In this document: positions 1-7,022 of the stretch, piece by piece
How the letters are laid out: every line of letters starts with the position of its first letter
How positions within the stretch are numbered: the stretch's first letter is position 1
Source: a virus
Length of the DNA stretch: 20,925 nucleotides
IMG/VR virus record: IMGVR_UViG_3300020020_000018
Coordinates: 1-20,925 of that record
Direction: 5' to 3' (one strand)
Notes under the pieces: generated by a model
Told to the model about the DNA's origin: nothing
The model's input: the letters and a program-made list of their open reading frames with translations, nothing else
Database searches by the model: none
Position numbers and translations under genes: made by a program

Positions 1-127
1 CTCACCCGAGCGCACCGATAGCAGCCGGTTGTGGACCTTGTAACTGTGGCCGGAGAGTATCTCGGCCAGCTGGCTGGTGATCGTGATCATGGTCAGGACC
101 AGTCAGCTACGGCGGCCGCCAGCATGG
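1..127. repeat. Terminal overlap, copy A. Identical to 20799-20925, so the contig closes into a 20,798-bp circle or a circularly permuted unit.
   Basis: Base-by-base comparison of the first and last 127 nt shows identity. The junction falls inside coding sequence (the N-terminus of the 374-aa tail gene and the C-terminus of the 93..929 gene). Confidence 0.95.
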
Positions 128-929
128 ACTGGCCCGCGAACATGGCAGCGAAGTCTGCGAAGTCATCACCAGGTGCGAACGCGGCCGCCACGTCAGCGAA
201 CGTGAACGAACCAGGCGCCAGGCTGGGGGCCCACGCATCCGTTTCGGCCACGGACAGGCCGACAATCCGCCGCTGGTCTGAGCCGTCCTGGCTCCACCGC
301 TTGACCGAGACGCCCAACACTGCCAGGTATGCGTCTACGCCGTCATAGCCGCCAGGCTGCCGTATCTGGACCACGCCCTCTGTGGCCTGGCCGAGTAGCA
401 GCAGCACGTTGTCCAGCTGGTCCGTGGTCTCTGTGTACAGGTCCAGGTCAGACTCCGGCTGGACCAGGGGCCCCAGGACGGCCAGGTTCCGGCCGTTGAT
501 CTTGAACAGGCTGGAGTCTCGGCCGTAGTTCTTCTCCGGCCAGCTCAGCACCACTACCTCAGCGGCGCGAGAGTTGACCGCGTCAGTCAGGGCCACCTTC
601 CCGCCGTCGAGCGTCAGCGTGACCGTCTCTGTGTCCAGGTCCAGACCGTTGACTGTGAGGTCATAGAACAGCTCGACCCCTAGGGGGGCCTCATGATCAG
701 TGAGGATGATCACGTCTGAGTCTGTGGTCAGGATGCTGTCACCACCACGGACGGGCGTGCGGATCGGGGAACCGGCCACGCGGCGGGTCACACTGACTGT
801 GGTCCCTAGCACGTTCTCACTCACGGTGAGCAGGACACGCGGCGGCCAGGTGGCCTGAACCACCAGTGACACGTCTGTGTCACCGCCCCAGATGCCGGAC
901 CCCCAGGTCCCGTGTCCCCAGACGCCCAT
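93..929 (-). CDS. Minor tail protein (Dit-like by position).
   Basis: ORF-track ORF 93..1007. I prefer the ATG at 929 (MGVWGHG...) because it sits 2 nt after the upstream TAG (932-934) and removes a 76-nt overlap. The protein is beta-rich and lies in the post-tape-measure tail block. Function is assigned by position only. Confidence 0.55.
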   Translation of the reverse strand: MGVWGHGTWGSGIWGGDTDVSLVVQATWPPRVLLTVSENVLGTTVSVTRRVAGSPIRTPVRGGDSILTTDSDVIILTDHEAPLGVELFYDLTVNGLDLDTETVTLTLDGGKVALTDAVNSRAAEVVVLSWPEKNYGRDSSLFKINGRNLAVLGPLVQPESDLDLYTETTDQLDNVLLLLGQATEGVVQIRQPGGYDGVDAYLAVLGVSVKRWSQDGSDQRRIVGLSVAETDAWAPSLAPGSFTFADVAAAFAPGDDFADFAAMFAGQSMLAAAVADWS

Positions 930-931
930 GG

Positions 932-1468
932 CTAGGCGACCCGATGAGCCATCAGGTGAGAGCCGATCCTCAGCGTGGTGGACGCGGCCGCGACAACCTG
1001 AGCCCATTGCATCTGGAGGTTGCCAGCAGTGCCGGCCGTGACAAGCTGGCCGCGGCCGCGAACGTGAGTAAAGGTGCTCGCGGCAACGGTGCCGTGTTGG
1101 ATTACGGTCCCAATAGTTGGGCCGTCCTGGCTGGTCTGTGGCAGGTTCGTGGCATCCCCAATATTCAGGCCCAGGGATGACCAGACCATGGTCGCACCAG
1201 CCGGGCCCACCCAGGAATATTTGAAGTCGTTAGCCGCCGGCCCGTCCATGCGCAGCCACCACTCCAGCAGATACACCGCGTTAGCCGCAACGGGCAATAG
1301 CAGATGATCATCATTCTGGATGGTGACAGAGTTGATCGCCTCATCTGCAACCTTGCGGACAAATTGCAGGTCGTCATTGATCTGGTTAATTGCCGCGTTG
1401 ACGATGGGCCCATAGGCGTCGTTGCTGACTGGGTCTCCAGGGGTGGGCAGGGTAATCGGTCGGCCCAT
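932..1468 (-). CDS. Minor tail protein (178 aa, beta-rich, fibre or receptor-binding-like).
   Basis: The ATG overlaps the tape-measure stop (TAATG at 1466-1470). It lies directly downstream of the tape-measure gene. No named motif was recognised. Confidence 0.5.
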   Translation of the reverse strand: MGRPITLPTPGDPVSNDAYGPIVNAAINQINDDLQFVRKVADEAINSVTIQNDDHLLLPVAANAVYLLEWWLRMDGPAANDFKYSWVGPAGATMVWSSLGLNIGDATNLPQTSQDGPTIGTVIQHGTVAASTFTHVRGRGQLVTAGTAGNLQMQWAQVVAAASTTLRIGSHLMAHRVA

Positions 1469-3192
1469 TATCGGCTCCCAATTCTGGCGCGGTATGCGTC
1501 ACGCCTGTTCTCATCTTTAATGATTGCTTTGAACCGTCCGGCCACCTGGCGGCCGTCGAGGAAGAATTGCGCTTCTACGTTGGGTGCTGCCACGTTGACC
1601 GATGGAGCCGCCGTACGGTACGCGCCAGCTGGGGCCAGCGTGGGGGACCAGTTGCCGCCCGCTGCCCAGCTGGTGGAGCCGCCGCCGCCGCCGCCAGGAT
1701 TCCCACTGGCCTTAGCCTTGAGTCCGACTATCCGGCTCACGGCGGCCGCGATCCTGGCAGCGAAACGCTGGACGCCGTCCAGGGCTGTCTGAAATGCGCC
1801 GGCCATGGCACCCCAGAGCCCAGCCACGGCACGGCCAGCAGCCCCAGGAATGCCTTTCAGGAACCGGAACACGCCGTCCTTTGCCTCTCGGGCCCGCTGT
1901 ATGCCGCGCTGCTTGGCCCGGTTGAACGCGCCAGCCATGCGGCCCCACAGGTTCGAGACAGCAGCAGCAGCGCGGCCGGGGAGCTTCTTAAACCAGCCGA
2001 TCACCCCGTTAAAAGTGCGGCGTGCCACCGCTGAGGCTTTGGCCTCCATGGGTCGCATCTTGGCGCGTACGCGGTCGGGCAGCGGGCCCAGATATCCGAT
2101 GATCTTTTTGCCATTGCGCTTGACCGCGTTCCACATGCCGCCCAGTGGGCCGCCGTTCTCTTTACCAGTGGACTGCTCGAATTTGTCGACCTTGGTTGCC
2201 AGCTCACCGTATTTAATCGAGATAGTGACCAGCGCGTTAGCAAGATCAATAGCAGAATCAGCGGCGCCGCGTAGCAAATCGGCCGTATTCTTCACGGCCG
2301 TTTTTACTTTCTCCGGGTCTTTCAGAATGGCCGCGATCGCGTCGCCTATTCCCTTGCCGATTTTGGGGGCCTGCTTGCCCCACTCTTTCATGCCCGCCGT
2401 TATGCCGGGGAGGGCCGGCTCGAGTGCGGTAACGAAAGCAATAATCCCATCCATGGCACCATTGACGAGCTTCTCAAATCCGGGCGCCAGCGTCTTGATC
2501 ATGCGGCGGAATTTGGGGCCGAACTTATCGAGCTTCTCACCGGCTGAATCCATCAGCCGGAGGACTGTGGGTTTGAGCGGCGCGGAAATGGTCTCCATGA
2601 AATTGTGGGCTTTGCTTTTGAGCTGGTTAAGCGCGGCCGCCTGTTTGCGTAATTCACCCAGGCGGTGAGTTTCGCCAGCGATATCCTCACGGATTTGCTT
2701 TTTGGCATCCTTGCTGCGGGCCGACGCGAGCCGCCGTCGTAAGCTCTCCAGCCGCTTAAGCGATGTCTCCTGATCCTTGGCAGCGGTCAGCTGCTTTTTG
2801 ATCAGGAATATGAGCGGGGCTGCCACCAGTGCCGGGCCCAACAGCAACGGGAGTCCAGCCAGGATCAGGTTGCCAGCCTGGACCAGGACGGCACCGGCCA
2901 GCGCGGCCGCGAACACACCACCCAGCCGGGTGCCAGCGCGAGAGAGGCCGGGGCTCATCTTGGCAGCGGCCTGGTCACCTATGCGGCCCAGGGTGATACC
3001 CCTGAGGAAGGACTGGACGAAACTGTTCGCACCGTCAAATCCACGCTTACGCATTGACTTCTCAGTGTCGGCTGTGAACCGCTGGAGCCGCCGCTTGACG
3101 CGGTCCAGGTTCCGGCCAGCAGTGGCCGCCATCTTGCCTGTGTCGTCGTGGCCCACCAGGTGGAGGTCAACGTCGCGCCTGTTGCTACCCAT
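1468..3192 (-). CDS. Tape measure protein (574 aa).
   Basis: It is the second-longest ORF in the window and the longest within the tail module. It has hydrophobic helices (GGVFAAALAGAVLVQAGNLILAGLPLLLGPALVAAPLIFLI), long charged helical stretches, internal repeats (LWGRMAGAF / LWGAMAGAF) and a Gly run (NPGGGGGGS). Confidence 0.85.
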   Translation of the reverse strand: MGSNRRDVDLHLVGHDDTGKMAATAGRNLDRVKRRLQRFTADTEKSMRKRGFDGANSFVQSFLRGITLGRIGDQAAAKMSPGLSRAGTRLGGVFAAALAGAVLVQAGNLILAGLPLLLGPALVAAPLIFLIKKQLTAAKDQETSLKRLESLRRRLASARSKDAKKQIREDIAGETHRLGELRKQAAALNQLKSKAHNFMETISAPLKPTVLRLMDSAGEKLDKFGPKFRRMIKTLAPGFEKLVNGAMDGIIAFVTALEPALPGITAGMKEWGKQAPKIGKGIGDAIAAILKDPEKVKTAVKNTADLLRGAADSAIDLANALVTISIKYGELATKVDKFEQSTGKENGGPLGGMWNAVKRNGKKIIGYLGPLPDRVRAKMRPMEAKASAVARRTFNGVIGWFKKLPGRAAAAVSNLWGRMAGAFNRAKQRGIQRAREAKDGVFRFLKGIPGAAGRAVAGLWGAMAGAFQTALDGVQRFAARIAAAVSRIVGLKAKASGNPGGGGGGSTSWAAGGNWSPTLAPAGAYRTAAPSVNVAAPNVEAQFFLDGRQVAGRFKAIIKDENRRDAYRARIGSR

Positions 3193-3652
3193 TAGCTAGC
3201 CTCTCAGCCGCGTTCTCACACGCCTCCAGAATGGCCGCCTCCAGCTGGTCTGTTCCTTCCTCACTGGCGCCCTCAGAGAACGCGCCAGGGGGGACCGTCT
3301 GCGGGTGCCACGGCTCCCGGCCCCAGGTCAGGTGTCGGATGCGACCAGCGTCGAGCCTACGCATATCTACGCGGGTCCCGTGCTGGCTGTTGCGACCTTG
3401 CCTGATCACGACGCCGGCCGATTTTGGGGCACGCCGCACCAGCGTTTTGATCTTGCCAGAGGCCACGTATGCACCCAGGCCGCTGGGCAGGACCAGGACC
3501 TCATGGGCCTTGATCGCGTCTCTGATCTTGGACGTGCCGCGCCGGATCGCGGCGGCCATGTCGTTGACGATCTTGCGATCCTTGCCCAGCTTACGAACAG
3601 CAGCAGCCACTAGCGCGATTTCTTCCGCGCCAGTGATTCTGTAGCTGGCCAC
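3185..3652 (-). CDS. Tentative HK97 gp10-like neck or tail-completion protein (155 aa).
   Basis: GTG start preceded by a strong SD (GGAGAGGAAG). There is an 8-nt overlap with the tape-measure start. Similarity to gp10-family proteins is judged by eye only (helical N-terminus, then a ...HLTWGREPWHPQ... segment). Confidence 0.4.
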   Translation of the reverse strand: MASYRITGAEEIALVAAAVRKLGKDRKIVNDMAAAIRRGTSKIRDAIKAHEVLVLPSGLGAYVASGKIKTLVRRAPKSAGVVIRQGRNSQHGTRVDMRRLDAGRIRHLTWGREPWHPQTVPPGAFSEGASEEGTDQLEAAILEACENAAERLANG

Positions 3653-3655
3653 TGT

Positions 3656-3787
3656 TCACTTCCTCTCCATCGCGGCCGCCTGTTCAGCCAGCACCCTGAG
3701 CGCTGACCCGACAGCTTCCGGCTCCCACGTGATGACCTCCGCTAGTGGCTGGCGTATTCCGATTGCCAGACGCACCAGGTTGTCCAT
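3656..3787 (-). CDS. Small ORF (43 aa). It is either coupled to the chaperone-like gene (TGATG) or is the extension product of a -1 frameshift.
   Basis: The ATG at 3787 shares its A with the upstream TGA. This frame is the -1 frame of 3787..4122 and stays open back to 3883 (the 75-aa ORF in the track). I saw no canonical XXXYYYZ slippery heptamer in the overlap. Confidence 0.4.
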   Translation of the reverse strand: MDNLVRLAIGIRQPLAEVITWEPEAVGSALRVLAEQAAAMERK

Positions 3788-4122
3788 CACGGAGCCGGTT
3801 GGGTAGGGTCCGCTGCCTCTCCCAGCTCGTCCGGGTTGGGCTTGTCGTCCTTCTCGTCCACGCTCATGATCTTCTGGCCCCACTCCTGGAACGCCAGCCC
3901 GCTGTCAATCTCACCGGTACGGCGCAGAGCGTGCCAGCCCAGATAGCGGAGGAATGTCACGGTCTGTTCCTCCAGGGCCTTGGTGGTACCCATGCGGTAG
4001 GTGACCTCGAACGCGGCCATGTCGCGCTGGTCAGCGCGAATCGTGTACGCGGGCGGGTCGTTCTCTGGGTCCTGGTCCTCTGTGTAGATTTCAAGATCAA
4101 AGATCATTGCAGCCATGGTCAA
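3787..4122 (-). CDS. Tail assembly chaperone-like protein (111 aa, acidic).
   Basis: It is small, acidic and upstream of the tape-measure gene, with an overlapping -1 frame ORF at its 3' end (gpG/gpGT-like layout). Assigned by position and architecture only. Confidence 0.5.
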   Translation of the reverse strand: MTMAAMIFDLEIYTEDQDPENDPPAYTIRADQRDMAAFEVTYRMGTTKALEEQTVTFLRYLGWHALRRTGEIDSGLAFQEWGQKIMSVDEKDDKPNPDELGEAADPTQPAP

Positions 4123-4433
4123 TAGCCCTTTCTTAGTTGCGGCGGAAGCTGGGGCTGTGTGTCGCCATCCGCGTAGGCGACTAGTGGTGGATCAGCGTTC
4201 ACTGGTGGCGTCTCCTCCAGAGCGCGGCGGGGCTCTGGGTCTGACACCTTGGACTGGGCCAGCGTGGCCACAGCAGCGGCTACAGGGCCGTAGGCGGCCC
4301 ATGCTGCTGTGAGCCACACTGGCTGCCCCCCGAGCGCGAGACACGCTGCCTGGGCGGACGCCAGGACCACCCCGAGCACAGCAGTGCTGAGATAGAGCCA
4401 GGCCCTCACCCGTGGCGGCAGCGTGATCAACAT
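4119..4433 (-). CDS. Membrane protein with two predicted TM helices (104 aa).
   Basis: I prefer the ATG at 4433 (MLITLPPRVRAWLYL...) because it lies 1 nt after the upstream TGA (4435-4437). Hydrophobic segments are AWLYLSTAVLGVVLASAQAACLAL and VWLTAAWAAYGPVAAAVATLA. Confidence 0.55.
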   Translation of the reverse strand: MLITLPPRVRAWLYLSTAVLGVVLASAQAACLALGGQPVWLTAAWAAYGPVAAAVATLAQSKVSDPEPRRALEETPPVNADPPLVAYADGDTQPQLPPQLRKGY

Positions 4434-4434
4434 G

Positions 4435-4779
4435 TCAGGGCAGTTTCTTGAGCCAGGACTGAATGCCAGCACCTGACGCGGAGTTGGTGATCGTGATGAT
4501 TCCAGTGGCGAGGTCAGCGAAGTCCGGCAGGACCAGGATTTCCTTGTCGCCCGTGGTGGCCGGAATGCTGACCGCCGGGTTAGAACCAGTGGAGCCGCCC
4601 GGTGTTTTGCCGTTGTCCTGAACCGTGACGTTGACCGGTGAACCGGTGGTGTTCTTCACGTGGAGGATGGCCGGGCGGCCACCCAACAGGTTCACGTCGA
4701 TAGTGTCTGTGGCGGCCACGTTGGCAAACGCCGGAACGGTGCCTGTCTTCGCAATCGTGGTGGGAACTAGTGCGGTCAT
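4435..4779 (-). CDS. Hypothetical beta-rich protein (114 aa) in the tail module.
   Basis: ATG start. The composition is Thr/Val/Gly-rich and beta-type (ILHVKNTTGSPVNVTVQDNG). No named family was recognised. Confidence 0.5.
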   Translation of the reverse strand: MTALVPTTIAKTGTVPAFANVAATDTIDVNLLGGRPAILHVKNTTGSPVNVTVQDNGKTPGGSTGSNPAVSIPATTGDKEILVLPDFADLATGIITITNSASGAGIQSWLKKLP

Positions 4780-4824
4780 GATCGTTTGTGCTTTCTGCTA
4801 GAGGCTGACCAGGTGGCTGGATGG

Positions 4825-5235
4825 TTACGGCTGGACGCCCTTGACCGGGGACCCCGTGAGCGGTAGCTCAATCTCGATCTGGGCGAACTCGCCCTGTTTG
4901 CCACCGATGGGCGGGGCCACGATCGTGACGGTTCCAGTGAACTGGACCTTTCCTGACCCCTTCTTGGTGGCGTAGGTGAACGACGATGTCAGGTTCGCGT
5001 TGGCCCACAGGAACGCGGCCAGGCCGGTGCTCTCCCAGTCTTGGAAACCGGTGAGCTTCATGACCCAGGTGGCTGAGTCAGCGTCAGAGACCTGGCCGTC
5101 TGGGACCATGGTGCGCTGTTGCTGAATGGGCGTCTCGGGGTCGATCGAGCAATCCCAGTGCTGGTTCGTGTAGTCAGTCGCGCCGAACTTGAGAATGCCG
5201 TCCTTGAGGACGTACGCGCCACCGTATGCGGGCAT
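4825..5235 (-). CDS. Major tail (tube) protein candidate (136 aa).
   Basis: Its size, position after the neck genes and beta-rich tube-like pattern (ATWVMKLTGFQDW ... VQFTGTVTIVAPPIGG) fit a tail tube protein. Judged by eye. Confidence 0.5.
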   Translation of the reverse strand: MPAYGGAYVLKDGILKFGATDYTNQHWDCSIDPETPIQQQRTMVPDGQVSDADSATWVMKLTGFQDWESTGLAAFLWANANLTSSFTYATKKGSGKVQFTGTVTIVAPPIGGKQGEFAQIEIELPLTGSPVKGVQP

Positions 5236-5239
5236 GGGG

Positions 5240-5590
5240 TCAGCCTTCCTTGTGCAGTGTGATTTCGGCGCCGTGCATGACGCCTACATTCGGGATTTGG
5301 AAGTCAACGGGTGCCACACCCGTGACGTAGGCAAGATCATCCAGGGCGTCTGTGATCAGCTCCAGGTGGGTGTCCAGGAACTTCATCGCATCCGATGGGG
5401 TGCCGCCAGTGATCACGTCGACCAGCCAGCTGGACAGATACGTGCCGGGGGGGCCAGCCGGAGTCCAGCCGGCCCAGCGGACCCAGGCATCGCCCACGTT
5501 CAGCAGCGCGGGCTGGTCATCGTAGCCGGTTATGTCGGCGATCGGGTCGAGCGCAGCAGCGAACGCGGCGCGGTCAGCAGCTAGAGACAT
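5240..5590 (-). CDS. Head-tail joining or tail terminator-like protein (116 aa).
   Basis: The start is coupled to the adaptor stop (TGATG at 5588-5592). It sits between the adaptor and the tube gene. Positional call only. Confidence 0.45.
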   Translation of the reverse strand: MSLAADRAAFAAALDPIADITGYDDQPALLNVGDAWVRWAGWTPAGPPGTYLSSWLVDVITGGTPSDAMKFLDTHLELITDALDDLAYVTGVAPVDFQIPNVGVMHGAEITLHKEG

Positions 5591-6603
5591 CAGCCCACCA
5601 CCAGCTTTCGGTATGGGGCCTCCAGGCGCTTGACCTCAGCGTCCTGGCGCGGGACGAATGAGGGGCTCCCACCGTCGCTGGACTGCTCGACCACACCCAG
5701 GGTGATGCCACGGCGAGCAAAGTTGATCACGACGCGGCGGGCCAGGGCCTCGCGTAGATCGGGAGAGCCGCCCCCACCGGCCAGATAGCCCTCAGCCAGC
5801 AGTCTCTCACCGTCGGACAAGACACGCTGCCAGACCAGGACCTCATATACATCACCAAAGAATGGGCTGCCACCCTCCTCATCTGCACCCAGCCCGACAC
5901 CAGCGGAGGGCGTGTCGGAAATCGGGCCAGTGCCCAGCGCGGTAGCCACGGTGTCCTTGAGGACCCCGTCAACGTGAATTGTCATCACAGCGTGGCCGTG
6001 ATCAACAGCGAGCGCCACATTGTGAAGCGCCTGATCCTGGCCGGACGTGAACACATAGGCCGGGGGCGCGTCACCGTCCAGGCGTCGGAGGTCCAGCCCC
6101 CAGTGGCCGCCAGCGCCAGAGAATCGGATACCTGCATACAACCGGGTGAACAGCCCGTTATTGGAAAAACCGATGACGCGCTGGGTTGTGGTGGCAGAGC
6201 TGGACTTAACGCGCATCAGGATCGTGACCGCGATTTGGTTCCGGGTGAGCTGGAGCGCGTCGCCGCCCACGCTGAGCCAGTCGGTTCCGTCGAATCGAAC
6301 CAGGGTGCGGCCGTCCTGTGTGCGCTTTGTGGGCTGGGCTGAGCCTGTGCCCTGGGTGGCCACGGAGGTCCCGGCTGCGGAGGTCCAGCTGGAGACTGGG
6401 TCACCATCGGCCAGGCCGGAGAGGTCCTCAGCGCGGAACCACAGAGCCAGACCAGACGGAAGATCAACACTAGGGACGCGGCATTTCTTGCTCTGGGCGG
6501 CCGCCTCTGTGGCTATGGCCTGGTTAAGCGCCGCGTCGGAGTAGCGGCCAGCGGGCACACCAATAGATGCCAGGTAATCCTTGACATCCTGTAGCGCACC
6601 CAC
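5590..6603 (-). CDS. Head-to-tail adaptor (gp6-like) with an inserted LamG / concanavalin-A-like domain (337 aa).
   Basis: GTG start with a strong SD (GGGGAAGGGGAG). N-terminus: ALQDVKDYL...SDAALNQAIATEAAA. C-terminus: LREALARRVVINFARR...EVKRLEAPYRKL. Both ends resemble connector/adaptor proteins. Residues about 50-275 (LALWFRAEDLSG..DPVSSWTSAAG..LVRFDGTDWL..VLVWQRVLSDGE) look like LamG_3. Confidence 0.65.
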   Translation of the reverse strand: MGALQDVKDYLASIGVPAGRYSDAALNQAIATEAAAQSKKCRVPSVDLPSGLALWFRAEDLSGLADGDPVSSWTSAAGTSVATQGTGSAQPTKRTQDGRTLVRFDGTDWLSVGGDALQLTRNQIAVTILMRVKSSSATTTQRVIGFSNNGLFTRLYAGIRFSGAGGHWGLDLRRLDGDAPPAYVFTSGQDQALHNVALAVDHGHAVMTIHVDGVLKDTVATALGTGPISDTPSAGVGLGADEEGGSPFFGDVYEVLVWQRVLSDGERLLAEGYLAGGGGSPDLREALARRVVINFARRGITLGVVEQSSDGGSPSFVPRQDAEVKRLEAPYRKLVVG

Positions 6604-6633
6604 TGGCCGCTCCCCTTCCCCTGTGTGTGTTGC

Positions 6634-6924
6634 TCAGATGTCCAGGTCAGCCGCGGTGACGCGCTTCCCTGTGGCCGGGTCGATCGTGGAGCCGTAGATT
6701 TCCACGTCCGACTTGACGCCCGCGGAGATGTAACCCGCGGCCGGGACACGGGTCCCGCCCTTCTGGCCCGAGCTGGGACGCTCTCCAGGCTTGTGGATTC
6801 CCTGGGCCTCTGGGCCGACTTGCAGCGCCGGGTCCGGGTCGGCCGCGGGCTCGGCCTGGGTGTCCGCCTGGGTGTCCACCTGGGCGTCCTCTTCGCTGGT
6901 GATCGTTTCGTTCTTCCGGGACAT
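6634..6924 (-). CDS. Small acidic protein downstream of the capsid gene (96 aa). It could be a decoration or scaffold-like protein; function unknown.
   Basis: I prefer the ATG at 6924 (MSRKNETITSEED...) with SD GAAAGGGG, because the longer track ORF (to 7041) would overlap the capsid stop. The N-terminal half is disordered and acidic, with a DTQADTQA repeat. Confidence 0.5.
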   Translation of the reverse strand: MSRKNETITSEEDAQVDTQADTQAEPAADPDPALQVGPEAQGIHKPGERPSSGQKGGTRVPAAGYISAGVKSDVEIYGSTIDPATGKRVTAADLDI

Positions 6925-6974
6925 GTCGGGCCCCTTTCTCTGGTACGCGCTGAATAGCGGATGATCTTGGTTGA

Positions 6975-7012
6975 CCTGGCCCGCCGCACCCGCCGCGGGA
7001 CGGCGGGCCAGG
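6975..7012 (-). terminator. GC-rich 12-bp stem-loop immediately downstream of the capsid ORF.
   Basis: CCTGGCCCGCCG (6975-6986) is the exact reverse complement of CGGCGGGCCAGG (7001-7012), with a 14-nt loop. It lies 10 nt after the stop at 7023-7025. There is no U-tract, so it may be a partial terminator or an RNA-stabilising element. Confidence 0.45.
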
Positions 7013-7022
7013 TGCTTGGGTG

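Noticed and set aside
1-127. The terminal repeat considered as a biological direct terminal repeat (DTR) or LTR.
   Set aside because: The boundary cuts through two overlapping tail genes, and the repeat is exactly 127 nt. This is more consistent with an assembly overlap of a circular or permuted molecule. Only read-end analysis can settle it.
1805-2668. A long plus-strand ORF (287 aa) antisense to the tape-measure gene. Similar plus-strand ORFs occur at 7020-7637, 7707-8330, 10081-10617 and 17145-17819.
   Set aside because: Their composition is Arg/Pro/Ala/Ser-rich and low in complexity, which is typical of shadow frames in high-GC DNA. Each lies fully inside a minus-strand gene with clear domain content. 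None has a recognisable motif or ribosome-binding site.
3787-3883. A canonical -1 slippery heptamer for the chaperone frameshift.
   Set aside because: I read the whole overlap in frame and found no XXXYYYZ site. I therefore do not assert a frameshift site, only the permissive frame geometry.
6841-6880. Short tandem repeats: 12-nt CCTGGGTGTCC(G/A) units here, (GCC)5 at about 1680-1695, and the PE-coding hexamers at about 13296-13375. They were considered as CRISPR-like or contingency repeats.
   Set aside because: They have too few units and no spacers, and all lie in frame within coding regions, where they encode low-complexity peptide (DTQA, poly-Gly, PEPE). This is ordinary low complexity.
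6513-6989. A 158-aa minus-strand ORF in an alternative frame, extremely Arg/Pro-rich.
   Set aside because: It overlaps the adaptor start and the small acidic gene in another frame. The sequence looks like an off-frame artefact.
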